DNA from: an uncultured bacterium
Lineage (GTDB): Bacteria > SAR324 > NAC60-12
Reading direction: 5' to 3'
DNA length: 37,683 nt
NCBI GenBank assembly: GCA_965662845.1
Contig: CBFIJD010000025.1
Location: 1 to 37,683, forward strand
Both the position numbers and the translations under genes were made by a program. Below the pieces are notes generated by a model. The model ran no database searches, had not been told where the DNA came from, and was given only the letters and a program-made list of their open reading frames with translations. Positions within the stretch are counted from its first letter, which is position 1. Each line of letters starts with the position of its first letter. Shown one piece after another: positions 7,094-17,380 of this stretch.

Positions 7094-8087
7094 TGAGCGA
7101 GACGAGGTGATGTTGAATGGAGAAGCGAACGAGCGTGGGGATGTCGTGAAGGTCAAATTTGGTGAAGATGTTGCGGCGATGTGCTTCTACCGTTCGTGCG
7201 CTGATGTGCAGGGTGTCTGCGATGGCTTTGGTCGCGCGGCCGTTGACGATGAGTTGCAGGACTTCTCGTTCGCGCGGCGTGAGCATGTCGGTCAACTCTC
7301 GGCGGCGAGCTTCGGCGGCGGCGGCGGCCTCTTCGCGTTGGGTGATGTCGCGAAAGGTCAACAGGCAGCCTTCATGGCCGTGGGTCTCTTGTTGGAGCGG
7401 GCTCACCCACACTTGCAGCATTTTGCTGCTCCCGTCGCTGGTTTGGATGCGCAAATCGTCAAGCCCACCGTGCAAGCGCTCTCCTTCTCGCACTTCTTGG
7501 ACCAAAGCGCGGAGCTTCTGAAACTGGAAGCGATCATCTACTTGCAGCAGAAACGTGAAGGACTTGCCCAGCATCTCTTCTGTCTTGGTGCCGACCAACA
7601 TGGCGGCGGCAGGGTTCAGGTAGGTCAGATGCGAGTGCTCATCAATCTGAATCACACCGTCTTCGATGGAGTTGAGAATCAGGTCGAGTTGCGCTTTCTG
7701 CTGCCGAATCTGCGCGTCCATCTGGTGCTTGTAGAGCGTCATTTCGATGGTCGAGCGGAGGTCTTGCTCGCGGTACGGCTTCACGAGATAGCCGAAGGGC
7801 TCTGCGATGCGAGCGCGGTCTAGTGTCGCGCGATCGGAATAGGCGCTCAGAAAGATGACGGGGAGCTGATGCTGTTGACGGAGAATGTCGGCGGTCTGGA
7901 TACCGTCCATCTCGCCAGCGAGCATGATGTCCATCAGCACTACGTCGGGTGGGTCGGCAGGAATCAGCTGTACCGCTTCTTCTCCGGAATAGGCGGTGCC
8001 CTTGACGGTGTAACCGAGGCTTTCCAGCTGTAGCCGGAGGCCCTCGGCCACAATGCCTTCGTCTTCAACAATGAACAAAGCAGTCAT
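7086..8087 (-). CDS. Response regulator REC-PAS-LuxR HTH
   Basis: IVEDE, VLMDIML, YLVKP; ILNSIEDGVIQID..YLNPAA (PAS); LTPREREVLQLIVNG..KAIADTLHISARTVEAHR. Confidence 0.92.
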   Translation of the reverse strand: MTALFIVEDEGIVAEGLRLQLESLGYTVKGTAYSGEEAVQLIPADPPDVVLMDIMLAGEMDGIQTADILRQQHQLPVIFLSAYSDRATLDRARIAEPFGYLVKPYREQDLRSTIEMTLYKHQMDAQIRQQKAQLDLILNSIEDGVIQIDEHSHLTYLNPAAAMLVGTKTEEMLGKSFTFLLQVDDRFQFQKLRALVQEVREGERLHGGLDDLRIQTSDGSSKMLQVWVSPLQQETHGHEGCLLTFRDITQREEAAAAAEARRRELTDMLTPREREVLQLIVNGRATKAIADTLHISARTVEAHRRNIFTKFDLHDIPTLVRFSIQHHLVSLSD

Positions 8088-8117
8088 AACGCGCTCACGC
8101 AACAAGCAGCAGGGAGT

Positions 8118-8837
8118 TCAAAACTGGGCCGGCCAGACAGGGAGTTCAAAGTCTGGCTGCAGTAGACGCACCTGTTGTGGGTTAGAGATCTCGGCGACCG
8201 CAACGGTTGTGACGCCCGCAAGGTTCCCCGCGATGATGTCGATGCTGGCGTTGCCAAAAAAGACGGTTTTCTCAGGTGGCACGTCAAAGCGATTCATCGC
8301 TTCTTGCACCATGTGGGGCGAGGGTTTCTGCTGGCGCCAATCGTATTGATCGGAGCAAAAAATCCACTTGTCAGGAAAAAACTCGCGCAGTCCGGTGCCG
8401 CGCAGTTTATCGCTTTGGAACGCCAGCAGACCGTTCGTGATCAGGGCGGTGTGCTTCGGGATGGCTTGCAGCGTCTGCAGCAGGGCGACGATGTTTTCTG
8501 CCGGCTGCAGCTCTTCCCAGTAGCGGGCGCGATGTGCCTCTCGCAAGAACTCAGCGAGCGGGTGAGGCTGCAGCAGGTCGCGAGTGACTTCTACCGCAAA
8601 CGCCTGCCAATACTCCCGATCGGCTGTCGTGCCAAACTGACGCGTCAGCGCACGCAAGACCTCAAGCCACTCTTCGGGCGGACGGTGTGACAGCTCTGGG
8701 GCTTGCCGCAAGGCATGTGTCCAGCTGGCGCGGAGCGCGTCACGAGTGCAGATGAGCGTGTCGTCCAGATCGAAGAGATACAGATCAAAGGCTTGCCAGT
8801 TGGGTTCCATACCGATGTCACGAAGGGGTTGAATCAA
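8118..8837 (-). CDS. HAD-superfamily hydrolase (start may be ATG 8810)
   Basis: FDLDDTL, ITNG, KPSP, GNASIDIIAG motifs. Confidence 0.9.
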   Translation of the reverse strand: MIQPLRDIGMEPNWQAFDLYLFDLDDTLICTRDALRASWTHALRQAPELSHRPPEEWLEVLRALTRQFGTTADREYWQAFAVEVTRDLLQPHPLAEFLREAHRARYWEELQPAENIVALLQTLQAIPKHTALITNGLLAFQSDKLRGTGLREFFPDKWIFCSDQYDWRQQKPSPHMVQEAMNRFDVPPEKTVFFGNASIDIIAGNLAGVTTVAVAEISNPQQVRLLQPDFELPVWPAQF

Positions 8838-9481
8838 CGGTTTGGCGCTGCGTCAGTTTGCAGGGCCAACGGCTTCAGGTTTTCATAGCGCCACCGATGC
8901 CACGGTGTACGAAAGTCGGCGTTCCAGCGGTTGAGCATGCGCTGGTTCCACTCTGCGACCAACGCGGCGAGCGCTTCGGGCTCTCGCTCGTCCTCATCCA
9001 GTTGGTAGTTGAAGCGGGCTTGATAAAGGGTGCGACCGTCGCGGAAGTCGACCAGTTTGAGGCGCAGCAAGAACTGTCGGTCGGAGGGACAGTCCTCTGT
9101 GCACGGATACTCTTCTAATTGTAGTAAGAAGAGCAAGTCGGCGTTCAGGTCTGCGCGTAGCGGCTCAGCGAGGTCTTTCTCTACAATGCCTGTCAGCGCA
9201 AACGTAGTGCGAAATCGACGCAAACGATTCGGGAAATTGGGAGAGGAAGCGTTTACTTCAGAGGCAAAGTAAGCCGCTGCGACTTCAGGATGTGCCTGGA
9301 AAGCCTGTAGCGTCTGTTGTCGCATAGCCTCCCACGTCGTGTTGGGGATACGATCGGCGGCCTTGAACGTGATCAGCGCGACCCGCTGGTTCCGATATTG
9401 GAAAAAGTCTGGTTCGCTCGTGACAACGGGAAATTGACAAGCTGACAGTAAAAAAGCAAACAAAATGAATGAGTTGCGCAT
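8834..9481 (-). CDS. Hypothetical lipoprotein
   Basis: MRNSFILFAFLLSA-C lipobox from ATG 9481; alpha/beta pattern loosely like LpoB/CsgG-type folds. Confidence 0.75.
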   Translation of the reverse strand: MRNSFILFAFLLSACQFPVVTSEPDFFQYRNQRVALITFKAADRIPNTTWEAMRQQTLQAFQAHPEVAAAYFASEVNASSPNFPNRLRRFRTTFALTGIVEKDLAEPLRADLNADLLFLLQLEEYPCTEDCPSDRQFLLRLKLVDFRDGRTLYQARFNYQLDEDEREPEALAALVAEWNQRMLNRWNADFRTPWHRWRYENLKPLALQTDAAPNR

Positions 9482-9655
9482 GACCGCTTGGGAGAGAGAA
9501 GGGAAATAGAAGGCAACATGCCAGAATTCATCAGGAGAGTCAAACCGAGGCCCAGCGGCATTCTTAGGGATTCCACTTGAAGTCGACTTCGGACTTCCCG
9601 TATGTTCAGAAGTTTTGCAACCACCCAATCCCAACCTCCAACGAAAGAATTACAA

Positions 9656-10760
9656 ATGCTCAATGAAGAGATCAGCGGCCAAGTCGAGCGCTTGTCCCAG
9701 CGTTTGCAGAATCTAGAAGGGTATCTTTGAGTTACCTGCCAAGCAGGAAGCCCTCAGTGAAATTGAAGGCCGCTCCTCCCGCGATGACTTTTGGGAGCTG
9801 CCTCAAGACGAACGCACCAAACTTCTCAAAGAAGCCGCACAACTCGGCGACTTGCTCAACGATCTGAGAGAGCTTGGGCAGCTCCGCGACGACCTCCAAA
9901 CGGCGCTGGAACTCTACGCCGAAGAAGAGGACGCTGACCTCGTCGACGAGATCCATGAGAACCTCGAAAACCTCGAGAAGCGCCTTGACTCCATGGAAAT
10001 CCTCAGCCTGTTCAGCGGTGAAAATGACGAAAAAGACGCCATCGTCAACATTCACCCAGGCGCCGGAGGTACCGAGTCTACGGACTGGGCCTCGATGTTG
10101 TACAATATGTACTTGCGCTGGGCGAGTCGGCACGGTTTTGAAGTCGAGGTGATGGACTACCAACCCGGAGACGAAGCTGGTCTGAAGTCCGCCACGTTCG
10201 CGATCAAAGGACAGTATGCTTACGGTCGGCTGCGCGCGGAGATTGGAGTGCATCGATTGGTCCGCATCTCTCCTTTTGATGCCAACAAACGACGCCACAC
10301 TTCCTTCGCCTCGGTGTTTGTCTACGCGGACGTGGATGAAGACATTGAGATCGACATTCGCGCCGACGACCTCAAGGTGGACACCTACCGCGCGAGTGGC
10401 GCCGGAGGGCAGCACGTCAACACGACCGACTCCGCCGTGCGCATTACGCATCTTCCCTCAGGCATCATCGTGCAGTGCCAAAACGAGCGCTCGCAGCATA
10501 AAAATCGCGCGTCTGCCATGAAGATCCTCAAAGCGCGCCTGTACGAGCGCGAGCAAGAACAGCTCAACGCAGAGCGCGACGCTCTCAATAGCCAGAAGCA
10601 AGACATCGCGTGGGGGAGCCAGATCCGCAGCTACGTGCTGCATCCCTATCAGATGGTGAAAGATCACCGCACCAATTTTGAAACTGGCAACTCGGAGTCT
10701 GTCCTCAATGGCGACCTAGACGGCTTCATCAAAGAAGCGCTGTCTCAGAAAGTTTGTTGA
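9656..10760 (+). CDS. prfB: Peptide chain release factor 2 with programmed +1 frameshift
   Basis: ATG 9656 reads to TAT CTT TGA (CTT 9725-9727); +1 frame joins the ORF with SPF and GGQ motifs. Confidence 0.96.
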
Positions 10761-10787
10761 TGTTGAACCTCTATCGGAGAACACCTT

Positions 10788-11282
10788 ATGGCCTCAAGCT
10801 ATTCGTTTGATATTGTTTGTGAAGTTGACTTGCAAGAAGTCACGAATGCCGTCGATCAAGCGCAGCGCGAAATTGCGAACCGCTATGATTTTCGAGGATC
10901 TAATACGGAGATTGACCTCAACAAAGACGAGAAAGCGCTGAACTTGACGGCAGACGACGACTATAAGTTGCAGACAGTCATCGACATTCTGCTCACGAAA
11001 ATGCTGAAGCGCTCGGTGCCGGTCAAAAGCTTGGTATATGGCAAAACAGAACCCAGCGGCAAAGTACTGAAGAAGCAAATCACCATTCAGCAGGGACTCT
11101 CCAAAGAGCAGTGCAAAGAAATCAATAACTTCCTCAAGTCCACCAAACTCAAGTTGCAGTCGCAGGTGAACGGAGACGCCGTGCGCGTTACCGGCAAAAG
11201 CAAAGACGAACTACAGAGCGTCATTCAGATGATGAAAGAGAAGGATTTTGAGTTCGATGTTCAATTTACGAATTTCCGCTGA
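10788..11282 (+). CDS. yajQ: YajQ family nucleotide/c-di-GMP-binding protein
   Basis: SFDIVCEVDLQEVTNAVDQAQREIANRYDFRG...VRVTGKSKDELQ...QFTNFR. Confidence 0.95.
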   Translation: MASSYSFDIVCEVDLQEVTNAVDQAQREIANRYDFRGSNTEIDLNKDEKALNLTADDDYKLQTVIDILLTKMLKRSVPVKSLVYGKTEPSGKVLKKQITIQQGLSKEQCKEINNFLKSTKLKLQSQVNGDAVRVTGKSKDELQSVIQMMKEKDFEFDVQFTNFR

Positions 11283-11288
11283 AACTTC

Positions 11289-11318
11289 TTGACCTCGAAC
11301 TATTTTGTTCCGTATATT
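11289..11318 (+). promoter_or_regulatory. Putative sigma70 promoter of rpsA
   Basis: TTGACC-18 bp-TATATT. Confidence 0.55.
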
Positions 11319-11439
11319 GAAAGTTTTTTCAGTGCCCTCCTGCGGAATACTCGGAAACTCCGAACGGATGCCGCGATGAGCAACCCTAACCGGCTTGTGT
11401 AATGATGCACCCGCCGCTTTTCTAACTTGAGGCTTTTTT

Positions 11440-13125
11440 GTGACCGACACCAACACTTCCCTCCCTCCCACCGAACTTGAGCCGATTGTCTTCTTCGAGG
11501 AGAACGAAGACTTTGACCAATACTACGACGAAACGCTGATTGGTATCAGCGAGCAAGAGATCATCACCGGAACTGTCACCAACATTGGGAAAGACTATGT
11601 GACGGTCGACATTGGTTTCAAATCTGACTGCCTAATTCCCACCGAAGAATTCATCAACGCAGAGGGCGAACTAGCAGCTCAGATTGGTGAGTCTGTCGAA
11701 GTCTATGTGGAGGCGTTGGAAGAAGATGATGGCATCACGAACATCTCCAAAACGAAGGCGGAGAAGCTCCGCGTTTGGGAAAAGATTGGTCAAATTCACG
11801 AAGAAGATGGCGTGGTCACAGGCACCATCGTGACGCGCATCAAGGGGGGGCTCTCTGTGGATATCGGAGTCAAAGCCTTCTTGCCCGGCTCTCAGGTCGA
11901 CCTCCGCCCTGTGCGTAACCTTGACAAGCTGCTGGGCGAAGCCTTCGAGTTTAAGATCCTGAAGTTCAACCAAAAGCGCGGCAACATTGTCCTCTCTCGT
12001 CGAGCCTTGCTGGAGATTGACCGCGAAGAGAAGCGCAAGAAGACGCTGGAAATCCTCCGAGAAGGCGCGCTCATCAATGGCACCGTCAAGAACATCACGG
12101 ACTACGGCGTCTTTGTGGACTTGGGCGGCGTAGACGGACTGCTGCACATCACAGATATGACCTGGGGGCGCATCGTCCACCCCTCCGAGATGTTCAGCAT
12201 TGGAGATGAAGTAGAAGTGCTCGTGCTGAAGTTCCACCCAGACGACCAAAAAGTCTCCTTGGGCCTCAAGCAGAAGAGCGCGAACCCATGGGAATCTGTG
12301 GCCGACAAGTACTCTGCAGGCACCAAAATCAACGGCAAGATCGTTAGCTTGACCGACTACGGCGCGTTCATCGAGTTGGAGCCCGGCGTCGAGGGGCTGA
12401 TCCACGTCTCAGAGATGTCTTGGACGAAGAAAATTCGCCACCCCTCCAAGGTGGTGCAGCTGGGCCAAGAAGTCGACGCAGTCGTCAAGGAGCTGGATGT
12501 AGAGCGCAAGCGGATCTCTCTCTCCATGAAAGAAGCCGAACCCAACCCGTGGAAACTGGCGCTGGAGCGCTATCCTATCGGTAGCGTCGTCACAGGGCGT
12601 GTGCGCAACATCACAGACTTCGGCATCTTCGTGGGACTGGAAGAAGGCATCGACGGGCTAGTGCACGTCTCCGACATCTCTTGGGCGCAGCGACAGCGCA
12701 AGCCTTCTGAGATCGCACGCAAAGGCGAAGAGATCGAGGTCAAAGTCCTCAATATCGACGTCGAGCAAGAGCGGTTGTCTCTGGGCATCAAACAACTGTC
12801 CGAAGATCCTTGGAGAAACTTGGATGATCGCTTCCCGCTCAATCAAGAGGTTGTAGGGAAAGTGGTGAACATTACCGACTTCGGCATCTTTGTAGAGGTG
12901 GTAGAGGGCGTCGAAGGCTTAGTGCACATCTCCGAAATTGACAACAGCATCCCCAAAGGAAAAATCACAGATTTCTACCCTGTGGGAACCGAAGTCCATG
13001 CGCGTGTGATCAAGATTGATCCTGAAGAGCGCCGCCTTGGATTAAGCATCTTGGAAATTCGCCACGTCGATCAACCAGAGTTTGAAGACGAAGACGAAGA
13101 AGAAACCGACGAAGAGACCGCCTGA
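11440..13125 (+). CDS. rpsA: 30S ribosomal protein S1
   Basis: Six S1 domains (AFLPGSQVD, KNITDYGVFVDLGGVDGLLHITD, etc.); GTG start; acidic tail. Confidence 0.97.
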   Translation: MTDTNTSLPPTELEPIVFFEENEDFDQYYDETLIGISEQEIITGTVTNIGKDYVTVDIGFKSDCLIPTEEFINAEGELAAQIGESVEVYVEALEEDDGITNISKTKAEKLRVWEKIGQIHEEDGVVTGTIVTRIKGGLSVDIGVKAFLPGSQVDLRPVRNLDKLLGEAFEFKILKFNQKRGNIVLSRRALLEIDREEKRKKTLEILREGALINGTVKNITDYGVFVDLGGVDGLLHITDMTWGRIVHPSEMFSIGDEVEVLVLKFHPDDQKVSLGLKQKSANPWESVADKYSAGTKINGKIVSLTDYGAFIELEPGVEGLIHVSEMSWTKKIRHPSKVVQLGQEVDAVVKELDVERKRISLSMKEAEPNPWKLALERYPIGSVVTGRVRNITDFGIFVGLEEGIDGLVHVSDISWAQRQRKPSEIARKGEEIEVKVLNIDVEQERLSLGIKQLSEDPWRNLDDRFPLNQEVVGKVVNITDFGIFVEVVEGVEGLVHISEIDNSIPKGKITDFYPVGTEVHARVIKIDPEERRLGLSILEIRHVDQPEFEDEDEEETDEETA

Positions 13126-13132
13126 TGATTCT

Positions 13133-13167
13133 CAGCATCGAGGGCTGACAAACTGTCTTCGATGCTG
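13133..13167 (+). terminator. Stem-loop after rpsA
   Basis: CAGCATCGAGGGC/GTCTTCGATGCTG 13-bp stem with two G-U pairs; no U-tract. Confidence 0.5.
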
Positions 13168-13268
13168 CCTTCCCCATTGCTTCCACCTGCTAATTCCTCT
13201 ACGCTTTTCTGTAAGGTTTTTGTCACTTCCACTTCAGGAAGTTCTCGCACACCCTTCAGGAGAAGCTC

Positions 13269-13805
13269 ATGTCCCGTATCTTATTGATTCTCTTTTCGCT
13301 GTGCTGGGTCGCCCCCGTGTTGGCAGCGAACTCCCTGTTTGAGCACTCTGCGACAGACATTGATGGGTCACAGCTGCCCCTCAAAGAGTTTGACGGAAAA
13401 GTGGTGATGGTCGTCAACACCGCATCTCGCTGTGGATTCACACCGCAGTACAAAGCATTGGAAAGCGTTTATCGCAAGTATCGCGATCAAGGCTTTGTGG
13501 TGCTTGGCTTCCCGAGCAACGACTTTCGTCAAGAGCTCGCGAGCAACGAAGAAATCAAAGAATTTTGCGAGGGATACCGCATCTCATTTCCCTTGTTTGC
13601 TAGCGGCAGCGTTCGGGGTCCCCAAAAGCAGCCCGTCTTTGATTATCTCGTCAACTCAGGGAGCTACCCAGCTTTGCGCGGAGAAGTTCGCTGGAACTTT
13701 GAAAAGTTTTTGGTGAATCGTGCTGGTGAAGTGGTCTCCCGCTATCGCTCGACCATGCCTCCAGATCATCCACAGGTCACGTCAGAGATTGAAAAATTAC
13801 TCTGA
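13269..13805 (+). CDS. Glutathione peroxidase family (Cys type, signal peptide)
   Basis: VNTASRCGFTPQY, GFPSNDF, WNFEKFLV; N-terminal hydrophobic signal. Confidence 0.93.
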   Translation: MSRILLILFSLCWVAPVLAANSLFEHSATDIDGSQLPLKEFDGKVVMVVNTASRCGFTPQYKALESVYRKYRDQGFVVLGFPSNDFRQELASNEEIKEFCEGYRISFPLFASGSVRGPQKQPVFDYLVNSGSYPALRGEVRWNFEKFLVNRAGEVVSRYRSTMPPDHPQVTSEIEKLL

Positions 13806-13821
13806 GAGCCCCCTCCTACCG

Positions 13822-13853
13822 ACCGCGTAGCACGGCAGCGCCCCCTACGCGGT
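13822..13853. terminator. Inverted repeat after the peroxidase gene
   Basis: ACCGCGTAG...CTACGCGGT. Confidence 0.4.
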
Positions 13854-13975
13854 TCCCTCTCTCCTCCGAACCAACGCACACAACAAATTGTCAGACATAC
13901 AGAACGGTGTTAGCGTACTGAGGCTGCGGATCATTTGACCCGCGTATCTCTCACCATTACACCTCTGGAGACCCT

Positions 13976-14842
13976 ATGAAGGAACAGCTGACCAGTTTGT
14001 TGCCCAAGACGGAATTTACGCGCCGTGAGTTTGTGGCGACTACCGTTGCCGCGGCCGGTTTCGCCCTCGCAGCTCAGCCCATTTCCGCGCAAACCGTGAT
14101 TCAGACCGATAGCAATGGTCTGGAGGCCGGCATGACGACGATCCCGACGACGGATGGCCGTATTCCCGCCTACTACGCTCGGCCAGCAGGAAACGACCGC
14201 TACCCACTGGTGCTGGTTGTGCAAGAAATTTTTGGCGTGCATGAACACATCCAAGACGTCTGTCGCCGGTTTGCCAAACTGGGACACATGGCCGTTGCGC
14301 CCGATCTCTATGTTCGTCAAGGAGACGTCTCAAGCCTCTCCAGCATCCAAGAAATTTTGCAACAAGTTGTCTATAAAGTGCCCGACGAACAGGTCATGAA
14401 CGACCTTGACGCGACGGCAGCGTGGGCAGGGAACAATCATGGTGACACGACCCGTATGGGAGTCACAGGCTTCTGCTGGGGTGGGCGCATCACGTGGCTC
14501 TACTGCGCGCACAATCCGATCCTGCAAGCAGGAGTCGCTTGGTATGGGCACCTTGAAGGGAACCCCGACCCCCTGCATCCGAAGTACCCCATCGACCTCG
14601 TGAACGACCTCAAAGCGCCGGTCTTAGGACTCTATGGTGGGAAAGACCGCGGCATCTCCTTAGAGAGCGTCGAGAAGATGCGACGCGCCCTCAGCAACGC
14701 AAACTCACCCTCTGACATCCGCGTGTATGACGACGCCCAGCACGGCTTTCACGCAGACTATCGCCCAAGCTATGACCCTGCCGCCGCCCAAGATGGATTC
14801 CAGCGACTCCAGAGCTGGTTCCAACGCCACGGCGCCGCCTGA
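13976..14842 (+). CDS. Dienelactone hydrolase family protein with Tat-like signal
   Basis: QEIFGV, GFCWGG nucleophile, [17 protein letters not shown] twin-arginine motif. Confidence 0.93.
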   Translation: MKEQLTSLLPKTEFTRREFVATTVAAAGFALAAQPISAQTVIQTDSNGLEAGMTTIPTTDGRIPAYYARPAGNDRYPLVLVVQEIFGVHEHIQDVCRRFAKLGHMAVAPDLYVRQGDVSSLSSIQEILQQVVYKVPDEQVMNDLDATAAWAGNNHGDTTRMGVTGFCWGGRITWLYCAHNPILQAGVAWYGHLEGNPDPLHPKYPIDLVNDLKAPVLGLYGGKDRGISLESVEKMRRALSNANSPSDIRVYDDAQHGFHADYRPSYDPAAAQDGFQRLQSWFQRHGAA

Positions 14843-14988
14843 TTCCGACTTTCCCCCTCGTGCGCCCTAAATACAGAGGATGCCCCTGAGGGGGGCCTAG
14901 CCAACGCAGAGCAGCGCCCGATCTCGTCTCCCGCACAGAAATCGCCCCGCCCGTCGCTCCCCGATGTGCTCCCCGCCCCCTCTTCATC

Positions 14989-15063
14989 TGACCAAATGAA
15001 AAGAATGGTCATCAGTCCAGAAAACAACTTGACTTGCAAATGACCATCTGACGGAATGAGTCA
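14989..15063. promoter_or_regulatory. Two TGAC-N15-GTCA palindromes, putative TetR operators
   Basis: TGACCAAATGAAAAGAATGGTCA (14989-15011) and TGACCATCTGACGGAATGAGTCA (15041-15063). Confidence 0.65.
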
Positions 15064-15098
15064 TATCGTTCAAACTTGAAGTTCACGAGGAGCCAAGG

Positions 15099-15692
15099 AT
15101 GCAAGAAATCGAACAGCAGATCATGGAGGCAGCGCGGCGGCTCTTTCTGCATTATGGCTTTCGGAAAACGAGCGTGGACCAGATTGCCCAAGAAGCGCAG
15201 GTCGGCAAAGGCACGATCTACAACTATTTCAAAAACAAGGAAGATCTCTTTCGCCGGGTCCTTGAATTCTGGAAAAGCCAGGCCGAACAGCATGAAGCCT
15301 CAACTCGTCCCGCTCAGAGCAGCGTCTACGAGCTGATTTTGCACCGCATCCAAAGTCGCATCAGCTTCTGGCGCAACATGCTCAACGGAGCGCCGGTCAC
15401 CGAGTCCATGATGAAAGAGATGATCGATATTGCGTTCTCATTGAGCGACACCGAACAATCGCTGCAACGAGAGATGGAAGAATGGATGCAGAAAGGGATT
15501 GTGCAAGGAGAGCTCGACAGCACGCTGGACTTGAAGCGCACGACTCAGCTGTTGTGCCAGATTGAATATCAATTTGTGCCACGCTGGATGGCTCACGCTG
15601 ACAACGAAACGGTGCAGCAAGAGATTGCGACGCTGCACGAGCTGCTCTGGCAGGGCCTAGGCAACAAAAACGGTCCACCACACAAAACGTAG
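15099..15692 (+). CDS. TetR/AcrR family regulator
   Basis: IMEAARRLFLHYGFRKTSVDQIAQEAQVGKGTIYNYFKNKEDLF. Confidence 0.95.
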   Translation: MQEIEQQIMEAARRLFLHYGFRKTSVDQIAQEAQVGKGTIYNYFKNKEDLFRRVLEFWKSQAEQHEASTRPAQSSVYELILHRIQSRISFWRNMLNGAPVTESMMKEMIDIAFSLSDTEQSLQREMEEWMQKGIVQGELDSTLDLKRTTQLLCQIEYQFVPRWMAHADNETVQQEIATLHELLWQGLGNKNGPPHKT

Positions 15693-15772
15693 AGCAACCA
15701 AACCCTAACGCTGTCCACTCCTCAACAGCTAGCTTAGCTGCATGAATTTTGTCCTTGTTCCACGGAGCGCCT

Positions 15773-17371
15773 GTGCGAAAAACGATCTTTGCCTTTTGCT
15801 TGTTTGGGCTCACCGCGACCCCCGCAGCGGCCCAACTCCCTGAAGAGCTACGCAACGATCCCTTGATTACGGAGGTCATCGAGCGCGTTGAAGTCACTGA
15901 ATATGACGGACGACGCGTCGCGAAAGTCTGGCTAGAAGACATCCTCCGCTTGGTAGCTGCGCGCAGCCTGACTCTCGAAGCCGCGAAGCTCAACACAGAC
16001 ATCGCCCGCCGCGAGCTTCGTGCCACCCAAGAGCGCTACATCGACTCGTTGACAACGGCGTCTCAACTAGACCGCAGTACGGGGCTGAGCAGCGATCCCA
16101 CCAGTGTGGGCAATCAAATTTATGCCGCAGGAACCAGCACAGATAGCCTCCAGCTCTCTTCCACCTTCGCCCGCCGCCTGCGCAGCGGCAGCTCTTTTGG
16201 ACTCACGCTGGCGGAGCGACGCTTCCAATCTCGCTCACTGAGACGCGCGGACGAAGGCGGATCCCTCACAGCCGGCGACTGGAGCGACTGGCGCGACGTC
16301 ACAACCGCGCGCGTCTTCGCCAACATCCCCCTCGATAAAAACGCAGGCACAGACTTCAACAACCTCCCCGAACGTTTCGCTGAACTAGGAGTCGAGCGGA
16401 GCTTCGCGGAGTCTCGCCAAACCGAGCTGATCCAGCTGCAAACCGTAGCCTCGATTTTCTGGGACATGGTCGCGGTGCTGGAGAACATTGAGGTGCAAAA
16501 GTCTTCCGTCGAGCTCTCCGAGCAGCTCTTGCGCGACAACCAAGCGCGCCTTGAAGTCGGCACCCTGAGCCGCACCGACGTCTTGGTCTCAGAGACGCAA
16601 CTCTCTCGGGATCGCCAAGCGCTGTTCGCGGCGCGCTTGGACGCTCTGCGGATTGAGGATCAACTTCGCGCCGCGCTCGACCTCAGCGAGCTGGAGATTG
16701 GCTTTTATCCACAAAACCGCCCCAGCGTGCGCCCCCTCGAACTAGACCGGTTGCAGCTTTTGCAGCAAGTCGAGGCCAATGATCCTCAGCTGGATTTGCT
16801 GACGATTGCCTTGCAAAGCAACCGGCTCGAGACGGAACAGGAGGAAAACAACGAACGCAACGACCTTGACTTGGACCTGAGCTACACCCTGAGCGGCTAT
16901 GCCAATCAACCGCTGGTGGGCGCAACGGACTTCACAGAAACCGACTTGCACGGTTTCAACGCGACGTTGACCTGGACGCTTCCCCTAGGAGACCGCGCGA
17001 CCCCAGAACGACTACAGCAAAAACGACTACAGCGCGAACAGCTGCTGCTCAATCGAGACAGCCGGCTTTCGGAGCTAGATGTCACGCTACAGACGGTGAT
17101 CCGCTCCCTGCAACTTGCCGAACAAGAGGTCGAAACGGCCCAAACCGTCGTCTCACTGGCGTCCGAACAGCTACAGAATGAACTGGAGCGCTTTCGTTTA
17201 GGCCAAGGAACCAGCTTTCAAGTCTCTCAATTTCAGCAGCAAGAGAGCCAAGCCAAGGCTCAAGAGATCATCGCGCGCGTGAACTTCGAGAAGGCTTACC
17301 TCGAGTTGCTCACGCTCACAGGTGAAATTTACGCCACATACAACCTCCCTACTCCGCAAAACCAAGACTAG
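15773..17371 (+). CDS. TolC-family outer membrane efflux protein
   Basis: Signal peptide from GTG 15773; helical OEP repeats (NQARLEVG, ELERFRLG); upstream of MFP and RND genes. Confidence 0.88.
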   Translation: MRKTIFAFCLFGLTATPAAAQLPEELRNDPLITEVIERVEVTEYDGRRVAKVWLEDILRLVAARSLTLEAAKLNTDIARRELRATQERYIDSLTTASQLDRSTGLSSDPTSVGNQIYAAGTSTDSLQLSSTFARRLRSGSSFGLTLAERRFQSRSLRRADEGGSLTAGDWSDWRDVTTARVFANIPLDKNAGTDFNNLPERFAELGVERSFAESRQTELIQLQTVASIFWDMVAVLENIEVQKSSVELSEQLLRDNQARLEVGTLSRTDVLVSETQLSRDRQALFAARLDALRIEDQLRAALDLSELEIGFYPQNRPSVRPLELDRLQLLQQVEANDPQLDLLTIALQSNRLETEQEENNERNDLDLDLSYTLSGYANQPLVGATDFTETDLHGFNATLTWTLPLGDRATPERLQQKRLQREQLLLNRDSRLSELDVTLQTVIRSLQLAEQEVETAQTVVSLASEQLQNELERFRLGQGTSFQVSQFQQQESQAKAQEIIARVNFEKAYLELLTLTGEIYATYNLPTPQNQD

Positions 17372-17380
17372 GAGAACCCC

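Noticed and set aside
7065..7823. 252-aa plus-strand ORF
   Set aside because: Antisense to the well-supported response regulator.
9852..10760. prfB as a 302-aa gene from TTG 9852, or as a pseudogene
   Set aside because: The upstream ATG 9656 ORF ends at the CTT TGA slippery site and joins this frame by +1 shift.
13269..13805. Selenocysteine peroxidase
   Set aside because: Active-site codon is TGT (Cys); there is no in-frame TGA.
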